Assembly: GCA_049969675.1 (NCBI GenBank)
Contig: JBMFOP010000037.1
Coordinates: 1 to 27,996, forward strand
Direction: 5' to 3'
Source of the DNA: Myxococcota bacterium
Lineage (GTDB): Bacteria; Myxococcota; SpSt-1050
Length of the DNA stretch: 27,996 nt
Part shown: positions 1 through 9,215 of the stretch, piece by piece
How positions within the stretch are numbered: the first letter of the stretch is position 1
How the letters are laid out: each line of letters starts with the position of its first letter
Notes under the pieces: generated by a model
Told to the model about the DNA's origin: nothing
Seen by the model: only the letters and a program-made list of their open reading frames with translations
The model's database searches: none
Translations under genes and position numbers: made by a program

Positions 1-435
1 TTTGGCATTGTCCCTACAAATGTTTATATCCTTAGATTCTGGTTTATTATCTTAAAGAATACCTCTATCTGCCAGATGTCTTTGTATATGGCAGGCAATG
101 TCGTTGCTCAAAATTTAAGATGTCTTGTAATAAGCAGTATTACCTCTCTCTTTGCATCATCCCATACCTCAATTCGCCTTAATTAATGGAGAAAATCCCC
201 TTTATGAATGAGCCAGCCCAAATTGAAAAGATAACATCGCTACAAATTGCTCACAACAACTAAATCTATTTGCTCCATAATCAGCCTTCGTCTCATATAA
301 TGCCCTGTAAAAATCATTCTTAAAAAATATCTGTAGAATTTATCAAAAACTAACGTGATTCATATAAATCCTTCTCTTAAAATTCAATATCTAAATGTTC
401 TAAAATTAAAATTTATTTTTGAACGGATGTGTGTT
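1..435 (-). mobile_element. Decayed IS4-family transposase relic (copy A), running off the window start
   Basis: The minus strand reads LRRIEVWDDAKREVILLITRHLKF*ATTLPAIYKDIWQIEVFFKIINQNLRI*TFVGT, a degenerate IS4 Y-(2)-R-(3)-E-(6)-K signature with in-frame stops. Upstream LVFDKFY resembles the second DDE Asp motif. DNA is similar to 8467-8592 and 18048-18160. Confidence 0.8.
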
Positions 436-492
436 TATTTTATAAAATACTAATTCCTCAATTTTTTGTATGTTACGGATTAAAAGGCAATT

Positions 493-1686
493 TTACACCC
501 AGCTTTTTGGAACAGGGTGCGGGAGCTTTATCTGACTCAGAGGGGCATCTACATCCTTGAGCCCATTGCCGGTTATCAGCAGGAGTACACTCTTATATCT
601 TTTCAACTCCATCTTCATCTTGATAGCACCCGCAAGGGCCGCTGAGGCGGCTGGTTCGGCAAATATACCGGTCTTTGAGGCAAGGATATTTTGTGCACTC
701 ATTATTTCGGCATCTGATACATCCACTGTCGTCCCACCAGAATCCTCCACCGCCCTCTTTGCCATATAGGCATTACTCGGAGTTGATACTGAGATTGAAT
801 CTGCAATTGTATCAGGTACCCTACAATCTTCATATTTACCTGAACGAATATATCTATTTATGGCATTTGAGCCCTCTGCCTGAACAGAGATGAGTTCAGG
901 CACCTTCTTTATTAATCCAGCCATCTTCAAATCATAGAATCCCTTATAAACGCCGGATATAATCACTCCATCACCTACAGGCACCACAACTACATCTGGG
1001 ACACTGAAATTCATCTGAGCAAATATCTCGAGTGAGACTGTCTTCTTCCCTTCAATCGTAAGCGGATGATATGCGGTATTCCTGTTTAACCCCCCTCGCC
1101 GCTCTGTATATCTAAGAGACATTGCGAAGGCGTCATCATATCTCCCGTCTACAAGAATTATCTCTGCACCATATAAAACAATCTGAACAAGTTTAGCCTT
1201 TGGTGCGGTCTTCGGTACAAATATTACTGCCCTCTTATTTGCATTTGCACATACCGCGGCAAGGGCAGATGCTGCATTCCCTGTTGAGGCACAGACTATC
1301 TTCTCCTCTTTTAGCCTATTTGCCTCTGAGACCATCAAAAATGATGCCCTATCTTTAAGAGAACCACTCGGATTCAGTCCGTCGTATTTGATAAATAATT
1401 GCCTCACGCCAATCAATGTGGATAGAGAGGGACTCTGAATAAGCGGGGTATTCCCAACCGGATAATCCGGGAAATATCTCTTTTCAACCGCAGAAAACAG
1501 GGTAAAATCTGGATTCTTTTTTGAAAAATGTCTCTTGATAAATCCATAGTCAAATTCAGCTCTGAGTACTCCACTAAGTGGGAGACCGGGTTTATAATCC
1601 TTTGAACATTCAGGACAGAGATACCTCACCTCATCTCTTTTATATTCTCTGCCACAAAGAGTGCAACGGTATATAAAGTGTATCAT
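493..1686 (-). CDS. Threonine synthase-like PLP-dependent enzyme (fold type II)
   Basis: N-terminal CxxC...CxxC ribbon, PLP-lysine motif NPSGSLKDR, ASTGNA, VPVGDG, EPAASA, LLITGNGLKD. Confidence 0.85.
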   Translation of the reverse strand: MIHFIYRCTLCGREYKRDEVRYLCPECSKDYKPGLPLSGVLRAEFDYGFIKRHFSKKNPDFTLFSAVEKRYFPDYPVGNTPLIQSPSLSTLIGVRQLFIKYDGLNPSGSLKDRASFLMVSEANRLKEEKIVCASTGNAASALAAVCANANKRAVIFVPKTAPKAKLVQIVLYGAEIILVDGRYDDAFAMSLRYTERRGGLNRNTAYHPLTIEGKKTVSLEIFAQMNFSVPDVVVVPVGDGVIISGVYKGFYDLKMAGLIKKVPELISVQAEGSNAINRYIRSGKYEDCRVPDTIADSISVSTPSNAYMAKRAVEDSGGTTVDVSDAEIMSAQNILASKTGIFAEPAASAALAGAIKMKMELKRYKSVLLLITGNGLKDVDAPLSQIKLPHPVPKSWV

Positions 1687-1696
1687 AGGTATCTAT

Positions 1697-2902
1697 TTAT
1701 TTTAACCCATTTAGTTCTGCTACGAGCCCCGCATAAAATGCCGCAGCGGCACTCAGATGCTCTATCGGACAGAACTCATCAGGGGCGTGTGCATATATCT
1801 CATTGCCGGGACCAAAGCCAATACAGGGGATATTGTGCATACCCATTATAGCCACTCCATTTGTAGAGAATGTCCATTTGTCCACCACTGGCTCTTTTTC
1901 AAACAAATTTTTATATACATTTACAGCAGACTTTAGGTATGGTGAGTTTTCCTCAAGCATCCACGTAGGATAGTACTTCTCAGTCGGATATTTGAGGCCG
2001 GTATATGCGGCCTCTTCATATTTCAGGACCATTACTTTTGCATCCGGATATCCCGCAATTTTGCATGCCTCCTTTACCTCCGCAATGGCACTCTCCTTTG
2101 TCTCTCCATAGGTAAGTCTTCTATCAAGCTGAATCCTTGCTCCATCAGGCACAGCACACTGAGAAGGGGAGGAGAAGAATATCTGTGTCACCGCAATAGT
2201 CCCTTTACCCAGAAAGTCGTGGCCCCTTAAACGTTCATTCAACTTCTCTATCTCAAGGGCGATTCTGGAGATCTTATAAATGGCATTGTCACCACGCTCC
2301 GGTGCAGAGCCATGACAGGACTTTCCGCCCACCTCAACCATAATCTCCATTCTCCCTCTATGTCCTCTATATATATTCAGATTGGTTGGCTCTGTTATAA
2401 CAACTAACTCTGGAACTATTTTATCCTCTTTTATGATATACTGCCAGCATAGACCATCACAGTCCTCTTCCATAACCGTACCTGTAAAATAGATGGTAAA
2501 GTCTTTATTTAGATTCAGATCCCTTATAATCTTTGCGGCATAGACCATGGAAGCCATTCCACCCTCCTGATCAGTCGCTCCCCTACCAAGCACTTTATTA
2601 TCCTTGATCTCTCCAGAAAACGGGCTAAATGTCCATAGAGATTCATCTCCAGGATAAACTGTATCAATATGTGCATCAAATGCTATCGTTCTCTTCCCGT
2701 CCCCAAGCCGGCCTATCACATTCCCGAGTCCATCAATCTTCACTTCATCAAACCCAATCCTCTTCATCTCCTCTGCAATTCTGCCGACCACCTCCTTCTC
2801 CTTTGTAGAGAATGCGGGTATCTTTATCATATCCCCTAAAAATCTTGCAGTATCCATCTCGTACTTCTTTGAAAGTTCAAGGATCTTCTTGTAAATACTC
2901 AT
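1697..2902 (-). CDS. ygeY: YgeY-family M20 metallohydrolase (selenium/purine catabolism-linked)
   Basis: M20 motifs DAHIDTV, GRGATDQEGG, TVMEEDCDGLCW, GHRGRMEI, SCHGSAPERGDNAIYK, KWTFSTNGV, GFGPG..AHAPDE. RBS GGAGG at 2911-2915. Confidence 0.9.
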   Translation of the reverse strand: MSIYKKILELSKKYEMDTARFLGDMIKIPAFSTKEKEVVGRIAEEMKRIGFDEVKIDGLGNVIGRLGDGKRTIAFDAHIDTVYPGDESLWTFSPFSGEIKDNKVLGRGATDQEGGMASMVYAAKIIRDLNLNKDFTIYFTGTVMEEDCDGLCWQYIIKEDKIVPELVVITEPTNLNIYRGHRGRMEIMVEVGGKSCHGSAPERGDNAIYKISRIALEIEKLNERLRGHDFLGKGTIAVTQIFFSSPSQCAVPDGARIQLDRRLTYGETKESAIAEVKEACKIAGYPDAKVMVLKYEEAAYTGLKYPTEKYYPTWMLEENSPYLKSAVNVYKNLFEKEPVVDKWTFSTNGVAIMGMHNIPCIGFGPGNEIYAHAPDEFCPIEHLSAAAAFYAGLVAELNGLK

Positions 2903-3083
2903 AAATTGTACCTCCAGATATGAGCCAGATGATGCCTATCCAGCTCGGGAGAAGTTATATCAATTTTGCTATTATGTAAAATCTTTTTTTACCTTACAGA
3001 CGACCTTTATATATCGGTCATTGCTAAAATTTTTAGACATTAAACTATTGACTTTTATGGGGTTATATTTTAATTACAATCCT

Positions 3084-3659
3084 ATGAAGGATGAGTTTTC
3101 TAATGAAAATATGCTCAAAATCCTGATTTCTCAGAAGAAATATATTGAGGCTTATAGGCTATATAAGATTTTGCTAAATAATGGCACCATACAGGAACCT
3201 TCTATCTATGTTGAACTCATCAGGGAGGTTGAAAAGATCGACCCGGTCCTTACAATGGACAAAGAGACAAAGGCAAAGAAGGCAGAAAAATTGGTCAAGA
3301 TATTAAACCGTATCAGAGGGATAAAAGGCAGAGAGCATAAAGTGGTGCAGAAGATTGAGCAGAACGTACCACTCGTGGAGGAGAAGGTGATATCTGAGAC
3401 AACTGAAAAGGTGAAGCACGAGCCACAAGAAAGGAAAAGGGAAGAAAGACTGTCCCTTACCACCATTGATATATTGAAGACAATAGAGGGATTTACAGCC
3501 GTATCTATTAGTAGTATTATGAATATGATCTGTGGAAATTTCTCAAAAGATATTTTGAGCAGGAGAGCCAGATCTGAGAAGATTGAGATACTTCAAGAGA
3601 TGCTTAAAAGGATTGAGATAATAAAAAGTCACAGGAAGAAGGAGTTATTAAATGTTTGA
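3084..3659 (+). CDS. Hypothetical helical protein, TPR-like N-terminus; start uncertain (ORF open from 3021)
   Basis: Helix pair NMLKILISQKKYIEAYRLYKILL and two similar amphipathic helices (KAEKLVKILNRIR, KIEILQEMLKRIE). Overlaps the next gene by 8 bp. Confidence 0.6.
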   Translation: MKDEFSNENMLKILISQKKYIEAYRLYKILLNNGTIQEPSIYVELIREVEKIDPVLTMDKETKAKKAEKLVKILNRIRGIKGREHKVVQKIEQNVPLVEEKVISETTEKVKHEPQERKREERLSLTTIDILKTIEGFTAVSISSIMNMICGNFSKDILSRRARSEKIEILQEMLKRIEIIKSHRKKELLNV

Positions 3660-4008
3660 AGAATTACTCTCAAATGCATTTAAGCGAATGGATGGAGCAA
3701 TTCTCTGTGCAGTTATTGATGAAGAGGGGATTCCAGTCGCATCCTATCCGCGGGAGAATGAGAACTCTGAGGCATCGGAATTGATTCTACAGGTCTTAAA
3801 TGAACTAAAACAGACCATAAATCTTATAAGTGAAAATAACTTTGGAAATACACAGGAGATATTGATTAAGACCGATAGATATATTCTTATCATAAAACCC
3901 TTAAAAGAGAATTACTTTCTGGTCTCTGTCCTATCAACCAATGCCATCTCTGGGAAGGCAAGATATATACTCAAAATTATTGAAGACGATATTAAATCAC
4001 AGTTATAA
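3652..4008 (+). CDS. Roadblock/LC7 domain protein, MglC-like
   Basis: 118 aa with roadblock pattern GAILCAVIDEEGIPV...ENYFLVSVL...GKARYILK. RBS AAGGAG. Lies upstream of efp and sgmX, as mglC does in myxobacteria. Confidence 0.8.
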   Translation: MFEELLSNAFKRMDGAILCAVIDEEGIPVASYPRENENSEASELILQVLNELKQTINLISENNFGNTQEILIKTDRYILIIKPLKENYFLVSVLSTNAISGKARYILKIIEDDIKSQL

Positions 4009-4023
4009 TCTTTCGGAGGTAAT

Positions 4024-4593
4024 ATGTACGATACATCAGACTTCAGAAAAGGACTCAAGATAGAGTACAATGGCGAACCATACGAGATAGTGGATTTTCA
4101 GCATGTAAAACCCGGAAAGGGGAATGCCTTTACCAGAACCAGAATTAAAAATCTCATTACCGGCAATGTGCTTGAGGTCACTTTAAAATCTGGTGAAAAG
4201 GTTGGAAAGCCAGACTTAGAAGAGAAAGAGATGCAGTTTATGTATGCTGATGGTGATTCATACTTCTTTATGGACCAGCAGAGCTTTGAGCAGATAGAGA
4301 TAAATAAAGATACGCTCTCTGACTCAAGATTATTCCTGCTTGAAAATACAACCGTCTATATCCTTTTCTACAAAGGTAAAGTCATAGGGATTGACCTCCC
4401 GATATTTATGGATATTGCAGTTGCAAAGACAGACCCGGGCTTTAAGGGAGATACAGTCTCAAATACCACCAAACCAGCTGAACTTGTAACAGGTGCAAAG
4501 GTGCAGGTTCCACTATTTATCAATGAGGGAGATGTAATCAGGGTTGATACAAGGACTGGCGAATATATTGAGAGAGTAGCCCTCAAGAAATAA
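4024..4593 (+). CDS. efp: Translation elongation factor P
   Basis: HVKPGKG loop with the modifiable Lys, PGFKGDT, VPLFINEGDVIRVDTRTGEYIER. RBS GGAGGT. Confidence 0.98.
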   Translation: MYDTSDFRKGLKIEYNGEPYEIVDFQHVKPGKGNAFTRTRIKNLITGNVLEVTLKSGEKVGKPDLEEKEMQFMYADGDSYFFMDQQSFEQIEINKDTLSDSRLFLLENTTVYILFYKGKVIGIDLPIFMDIAVAKTDPGFKGDTVSNTTKPAELVTGAKVQVPLFINEGDVIRVDTRTGEYIERVALKK

Positions 4594-4610
4594 TCCTTAG
4601 AGGTAAAAAA

Positions 4611-6854
4611 TTGGCTATTAATAAGGATAAAATAAATCAGGAAGCCACAAAATATATTCAGAAAGGCCAGTATGACAAGGCAATCAAGGAGCTCCATAAG
4701 ATAGTCGCGGAGGAGCCCGATGATGTGAGGACTATTCAGAAGATAGCCGAATTATATGCAAGAATGGGCGACAGTAAAAATGCTATTGAGAACTACTCCA
4801 GGGTGGCTGATGTATATACCAAACAGGGGTTCTTCCTGAAGGCAGTCGCCATCTATAAAAATATAATTAAGATTGATGGTTCAAGAATAGATATCTACGA
4901 CAAATTGGCTCAGGCCTATACCCTTCTGGGTATAGTCAATGAGGCTATCAATCAGTATAATGCTATCATTGCAATCTATGAGAAATCGGCAAATTATAAA
5001 GACTCTATCCCCATTATAAAGAAGATTCTGGAGCTCTCCCCAAACGATATACTTATGAGGATGAAGCTGGCAGAGCTCTATTACAGAGAAGGGATGAATC
5101 AGGAATCAATTGAAGAATATAAGAACATCGCCAGATTTTTAAGAGAGAACAATAGATTTGATGAATATATACGGGTCATAGAACGACTCAGCACCATTGA
5201 CCCGGAGAATCTGGAATATCTACTTGAGATAGCAGAGATATATCTCTCAAGAGGCGATTTCACATCCAGTATGCAGAGGCTTCAACAGGCATACAAAATT
5301 AATCCAAAAGAGCCAAAGGTCTTAAACTTAATTGCTGAGGTATTTAGAAAGAGCAATCAGATTGCCAACGCAGTGGCGGCATATAAAGAGCTTTTAAATG
5401 TATATACAGCCTCTTCAAAGTTGAAGGAGGCTGAAGGGATTAGAAAGATTATTACTACACTGACCGGAAAAGATATATCCCCGGCCCCGATATCAAAGGA
5501 GCTCTCAAATAGAATCACGGATTCTGTCTCGTCTGGCTCAAGTTCATATCCAAAGAAAGAGTTCAGACCGGTCTCAAAAGAGATACCAGTTCAATCATCA
5601 GCACCCAAACCGCCCCCGGAGCCATCTGTGTCAAAGGCAATTCCAGTAGCAGTCAAAAAAGATAAGCAGCCGACCGCCTCCGATATACCGAGACTTTTAA
5701 CCGAGACAGATGTATATTTAAAATACGGATTAAAGCAGAAGGCGGTAAATCACCTCAAGACTATCTTGACTCTTGACCCTGAAAATCTGGATGCGCACTT
5801 AAAATACGCCAATCTACTTGCATCCTCCGGTGAAAACGAACAACTTATCTCAATCTATATGAATATTGCAAATATCTACCTCAAACTTGAAAATATTGAA
5901 GAGGCAAAGAGGTATCTATTGATGGTGATTGAGCTTGACCCCCTCAACGAGACTGCACGCAATACCTACGATATGCTCGCAGAGGGAAAGATAGAGGAGA
6001 TATCTGATGAGGTGGTGGAGCTTGACCGGTACCAGTTTCAGGAGAATAATAAAGCCCAGGAAGAGGCAAAACCTGATATTGAGGTAACAGTGGATGAAGA
6101 GCCAGAAGAGGTGATTGAGGTAGTTCCCCAGAAGGCTGATTCTGAGGAGATTGAGGTAGTAAGTTTAGATGAAGAGGCAATAGAGACCAAACCAGAGGCT
6201 CAACAATCAGAAGACGAATTTGTAGATGAGTTAGAAGAGGCAGAATTCTTCATTTCACAGCAATTAATTAACGAGGCGATAGATATCTATAAGCAGATAC
6301 TTGAGAAGAATCCCGAACACCCTATTGCAAAGGCAAAACTCAAGGAATTGACAGAGAAGGAGACCGCCGGGGCAGATTCAGTTGAGGAGATTATTCAGAA
6401 ACAGGAAAATCTGGAGATTCCGATAGAACAGATATTATCAGAATCCAGAAAACAGCTCTCCAAACTTATTGATGCAAATGATGCTCAGGCACATTTTGAC
6501 CTCGGTTGTGCATATAGAGATATGGGCCTCTATGACGAGGCGATAGAGGAGTTTAAGATAGCAATGCAGAATGAAGAGAAGGAGATACCGGCTCTCAATA
6601 TGATTGCTATGATAAATCTTGAGAGACAGAGATATACAGATGCCATATCCATCTTTAAGAAACTCTTAAATTATGATGAGATTACCGACGAACAGAGAAT
6701 GGAATTTATCTATCAAATAGGAAGTGCATATCTCAAACTTAATGATAGGAGTGAGGCGCTCTTCTATCTCAATAAGATATTCAAACAGAATCCAAATTAC
6801 CGAAACATCAAGCAATTGATGTCACTCATTCAGAGTGGCGAAAAAAAAAAGTAG
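4611..6854 (+). CDS. sgmX: SgmX-like multi-TPR protein (type IV pilus / polarity activator family)
   Basis: N-terminal TPRs KGQYDKAIKE...QGFFLKAVAIYK, central LLTETDVYLKYGL motif, acidic linker, C-terminal HFDLGCAYRDMGLYDEAIEEF TPR block. All resemble Myxococcus SgmX as recalled. TTG start with RBS GAGGT. Confidence 0.75.
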   Translation: MAINKDKINQEATKYIQKGQYDKAIKELHKIVAEEPDDVRTIQKIAELYARMGDSKNAIENYSRVADVYTKQGFFLKAVAIYKNIIKIDGSRIDIYDKLAQAYTLLGIVNEAINQYNAIIAIYEKSANYKDSIPIIKKILELSPNDILMRMKLAELYYREGMNQESIEEYKNIARFLRENNRFDEYIRVIERLSTIDPENLEYLLEIAEIYLSRGDFTSSMQRLQQAYKINPKEPKVLNLIAEVFRKSNQIANAVAAYKELLNVYTASSKLKEAEGIRKIITTLTGKDISPAPISKELSNRITDSVSSGSSSYPKKEFRPVSKEIPVQSSAPKPPPEPSVSKAIPVAVKKDKQPTASDIPRLLTETDVYLKYGLKQKAVNHLKTILTLDPENLDAHLKYANLLASSGENEQLISIYMNIANIYLKLENIEEAKRYLLMVIELDPLNETARNTYDMLAEGKIEEISDEVVELDRYQFQENNKAQEEAKPDIEVTVDEEPEEVIEVVPQKADSEEIEVVSLDEEAIETKPEAQQSEDEFVDELEEAEFFISQQLINEAIDIYKQILEKNPEHPIAKAKLKELTEKETAGADSVEEIIQKQENLEIPIEQILSESRKQLSKLIDANDAQAHFDLGCAYRDMGLYDEAIEEFKIAMQNEEKEIPALNMIAMINLERQRYTDAISIFKKLLNYDEITDEQRMEFIYQIGSAYLKLNDRSEALFYLNKIFKQNPNYRNIKQLMSLIQSGEKKK

Positions 6855-6886
6855 TTCCTCAATAAAATAGAATATGGGTATAGATT

Positions 6887-7639
6887 ATGTTTATTCTTCT
6901 AACAAATGATGATGGTATAAATAGTAATGGTATAAATACAATTTACAAAGTACTGAGCATAAGTCATAGAGTAGTAGTCATCGCCCCCGAGAGTGAGATG
7001 TCTGCCACATCCCATTCAATCTCCCTCCATTCCCCTCTTAGAGTAAAGAAGATTGATAATACACATTATGCAGTAAATGGCACACCGACTGACTGCATCA
7101 ATCTGGCACTATTCCATATCTTAAAAGAAAAACCAGACCTGATAATTTCTGGTATCAATCAGGGACCCAACCTTGGGACAGATGTCTCATATTCCGGAAC
7201 TGTCGCTGCCGCGTTAGAGGGTGCCATTCTGGGGATAAAGTCTATTGCAGCATCCTGTGTGGATTACAGGGTAAAGAATCTAATACCGCACTCCGAATTT
7301 ATCAAATTCTTTATCAGAAATATCAAACATCAGAAATCGCTATTTAAGGGCTCTTTTATCAATATAAATATGCCCGCAAATCTAAGTGGACCTCCATATA
7401 ATTTTGAGATTACAAGGCTTTCCAGCAGGAGATATGATAAGGTAATAGAGAAGAGGAAAGACCCGCGTGGGAGAGAATATTTCTGGATTGCTGGCGAACC
7501 GATGAATACCGATAATGGCAGAGGAACAGATGTATATGCACTCAATCATAATATGATATCAATTACTCCAATTCAGATTGACCAGACCGACTATAAGAGA
7601 ATTCGCATTCTAAAAAAATACTTAAAAGGGCTTAAATGA
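6887..7639 (+). CDS. surE: 5'/3'-nucleotidase SurE
   Basis: ILLTNDDG, NGTPTDC, SGINQGPNLG.DVSYSGTVAAALEG, DPRGREYFW, ISITPIQ. Confidence 0.96.
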   Translation: MFILLTNDDGINSNGINTIYKVLSISHRVVVIAPESEMSATSHSISLHSPLRVKKIDNTHYAVNGTPTDCINLALFHILKEKPDLIISGINQGPNLGTDVSYSGTVAAALEGAILGIKSIAASCVDYRVKNLIPHSEFIKFFIRNIKHQKSLFKGSFININMPANLSGPPYNFEITRLSSRRYDKVIEKRKDPRGREYFWIAGEPMNTDNGRGTDVYALNHNMISITPIQIDQTDYKRIRILKKYLKGLK

Positions 7640-8424
7640 ACTCTGCCTATAAAAACCCTCTCTATTTATGTCTATTATCATCGCTCTCAATTTTAATTTT
7701 TATGACCGCCTGCCCCTCCCCCAGATGGAATATAATTGAAGAGAATGAAATAGAAGAGGGAAGGGATGGGATATATCATATTGTTGCAAAGGGAGAGAAT
7801 CTTTATAGAATCTCCAGGGCATATGGTGTGGACATTCAGGAACTGGCAGAGATAAATGATATAGAGGATATATCTCAAATCAAAGCAGGACAAAGGATAT
7901 TCATCCCCGGTGCAAAGGAGATAAAGAAGGTGGAGATAGTAACATCTTCAGAGTCAAATATAAGTTCAGATACACAGAACCAACAGGGGGAGAGGATAAA
8001 GGATAGTCAGACCACAAACAAAAAAGAGACCACACAGGAGATAAAGACATACAGAGGTAGATTCATCTGGCCAGTTAAGGGGAAGGTGATAAGCTACTTT
8101 GGTGTCAGGGGAGGAAAGAATCATAAAGGGATAGATATAGCCGCTCCCGAGGGCACAAAGATAGTCGCTTCAGATTCAGGGACAGTGATATATTCTGATA
8201 ACAAATTAAAAAACTATGGAAATGTTATTATTATCAAGCATACAGACAATTACATCACAGTCTATGCCCACAATAAAGTCAACTATGTTAAAGAGAATGA
8301 GATGGTGAAGAAGGGTCAGATAATTGGTGAGGTTGGTCAGACCGGAAATGCAGAGGCACCACATCTACACTTTGAAATAAGAGACAATACAAGAGCAAGA
8401 AATCCGTTATTCTATCTCCCATAG
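7636..8424 (+). CDS. nlpD: NlpD-like LysM + M23 peptidase-family lipoprotein
   Basis: Lipobox FMTAC, LysM YHIVAKGENLYRISRAYG, M23 motifs HKGIDI, YAHN, PHLHFEIR. 4-bp overlap with surE. Confidence 0.88.
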   Translation: MNSAYKNPLYLCLLSSLSILIFMTACPSPRWNIIEENEIEEGRDGIYHIVAKGENLYRISRAYGVDIQELAEINDIEDISQIKAGQRIFIPGAKEIKKVEIVTSSESNISSDTQNQQGERIKDSQTTNKKETTQEIKTYRGRFIWPVKGKVISYFGVRGGKNHKGIDIAAPEGTKIVASDSGTVIYSDNKLKNYGNVIIIKHTDNYITVYAHNKVNYVKENEMVKKGQIIGEVGQTGNAEAPHLHFEIRDNTRARNPLFYLP

Positions 8425-8760
8425 AAAAAAGATTTCTGTTTACAAAATTTCCAAGTTAAGTTGAGGCACACATCTGTCCGAAAAAAATTTTAATTCTAGT
8501 TCTCTTAGATATTGAATTTTAAAGAGAAAGAATTATCGCCTTAGTTTTTGATAAATTCTACATATATTGCTTAAGAATATGTTTTACAGGGCGGTGAGAG
8601 AGAGGAATAAGGCGATTGATCTCTTAAAGGTAATGAATAATCTCTTTACTTCTTTAGAGAGAAAATCCCACCATTGTGGTACGGTAAAATAGGATTGTGA
8701 GGACAGGGTTTAAGTCCATAAGTGCTAAGTTATTGAAACAAATATTACATTATTGAAAGT

Positions 8761-8899
8761 AGAAAGACATTCAGAACATTGAAGATGAGAAAGGAAATAA
8801 AATGCTACAATGACTACAAATCAAAGCCGTTCAAATGGACATATAATGAAAGCCATTATTCGGATTAATTATAACATTTATTATTAGACAAGACACTAC
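8761..8899 (+). mobile_element. IS630-family transposase 3' fragment and right end
   Basis: Frame from 8761 reads ...IKCYNDYKSKPFKWTYN, matching the IS630 C-terminal YN..KPFxWTY motif, and continues KPL after a frameshift. Followed by GACAAGACACTA, resembling an IS630 terminal repeat ending in TA. Confidence 0.7.
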
Positions 8900-8990
8900 C
8901 CGAGATTTCTGATGGGGTTTTACAATATAAGATTTTGGGGGAATGAATAAATCCTTTAAGACTCCACCATATGTGCCAGATGTAACCATT

Positions 8991-9018
8991 GTAGGGGCTA
9001 ATGATTATTAGCCCTTAC
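8991..9018 (+). repeat. GTAG-type REP-like palindrome
   Basis: GTAGGGGCTAAT-GATT-ATTAGCCCTTAC: 12-bp arms with one G-T mismatch and a 5' GTAG tetranucleotide typical of RAYT-associated REPs. Confidence 0.65.
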
Positions 9019-9215
9019 TTAAGTTGGACAGCCTTTTAATTGATAATGAAGAGAATCGGGGTAACCTGATTTTGAGAATATGGACTTATCCATCCAGAGT
9101 CCTTATTTTACAAATAGTTAACTTCTCAAAGCAGATTATTCTGAACAGCAATGGTTGAGGCAGAACCCTGTTGGTGTTTGATAACATAAAAATTCAGCGC
9201 AGTATCTGAATGATT

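Larger units (their letters stand above)
8467..9153 (+). mobile_element. Decayed IS4-family relic (copy B) with nested insertions
   Basis: 8467-8592 aligns with the reverse complement of ~301-435. About 8918-8984 encodes a frameshifted transposase C-terminus (F-T-Y..GE*INP..TPPYVPDV). 9019-9153 matches 18227-18365 and the reverse complement of 14047-14180, ending in the IR-like TTCTGAACAGCAATG. Confidence 0.75.

Noticed and set aside
6841..6850. A10 homopolymer as a phase-variation tract
   Set aside because: It lies in the last codons of sgmX (EKKK), so slippage would alter only the extreme C-terminus.
9019..9153. ~135-bp repeat in three copies considered as a novel structured ncRNA
   Set aside because: It directly follows transposase C-terminal codons in copies C and D and ends in an IS4-like inverted repeat, so an IS right end explains it better.
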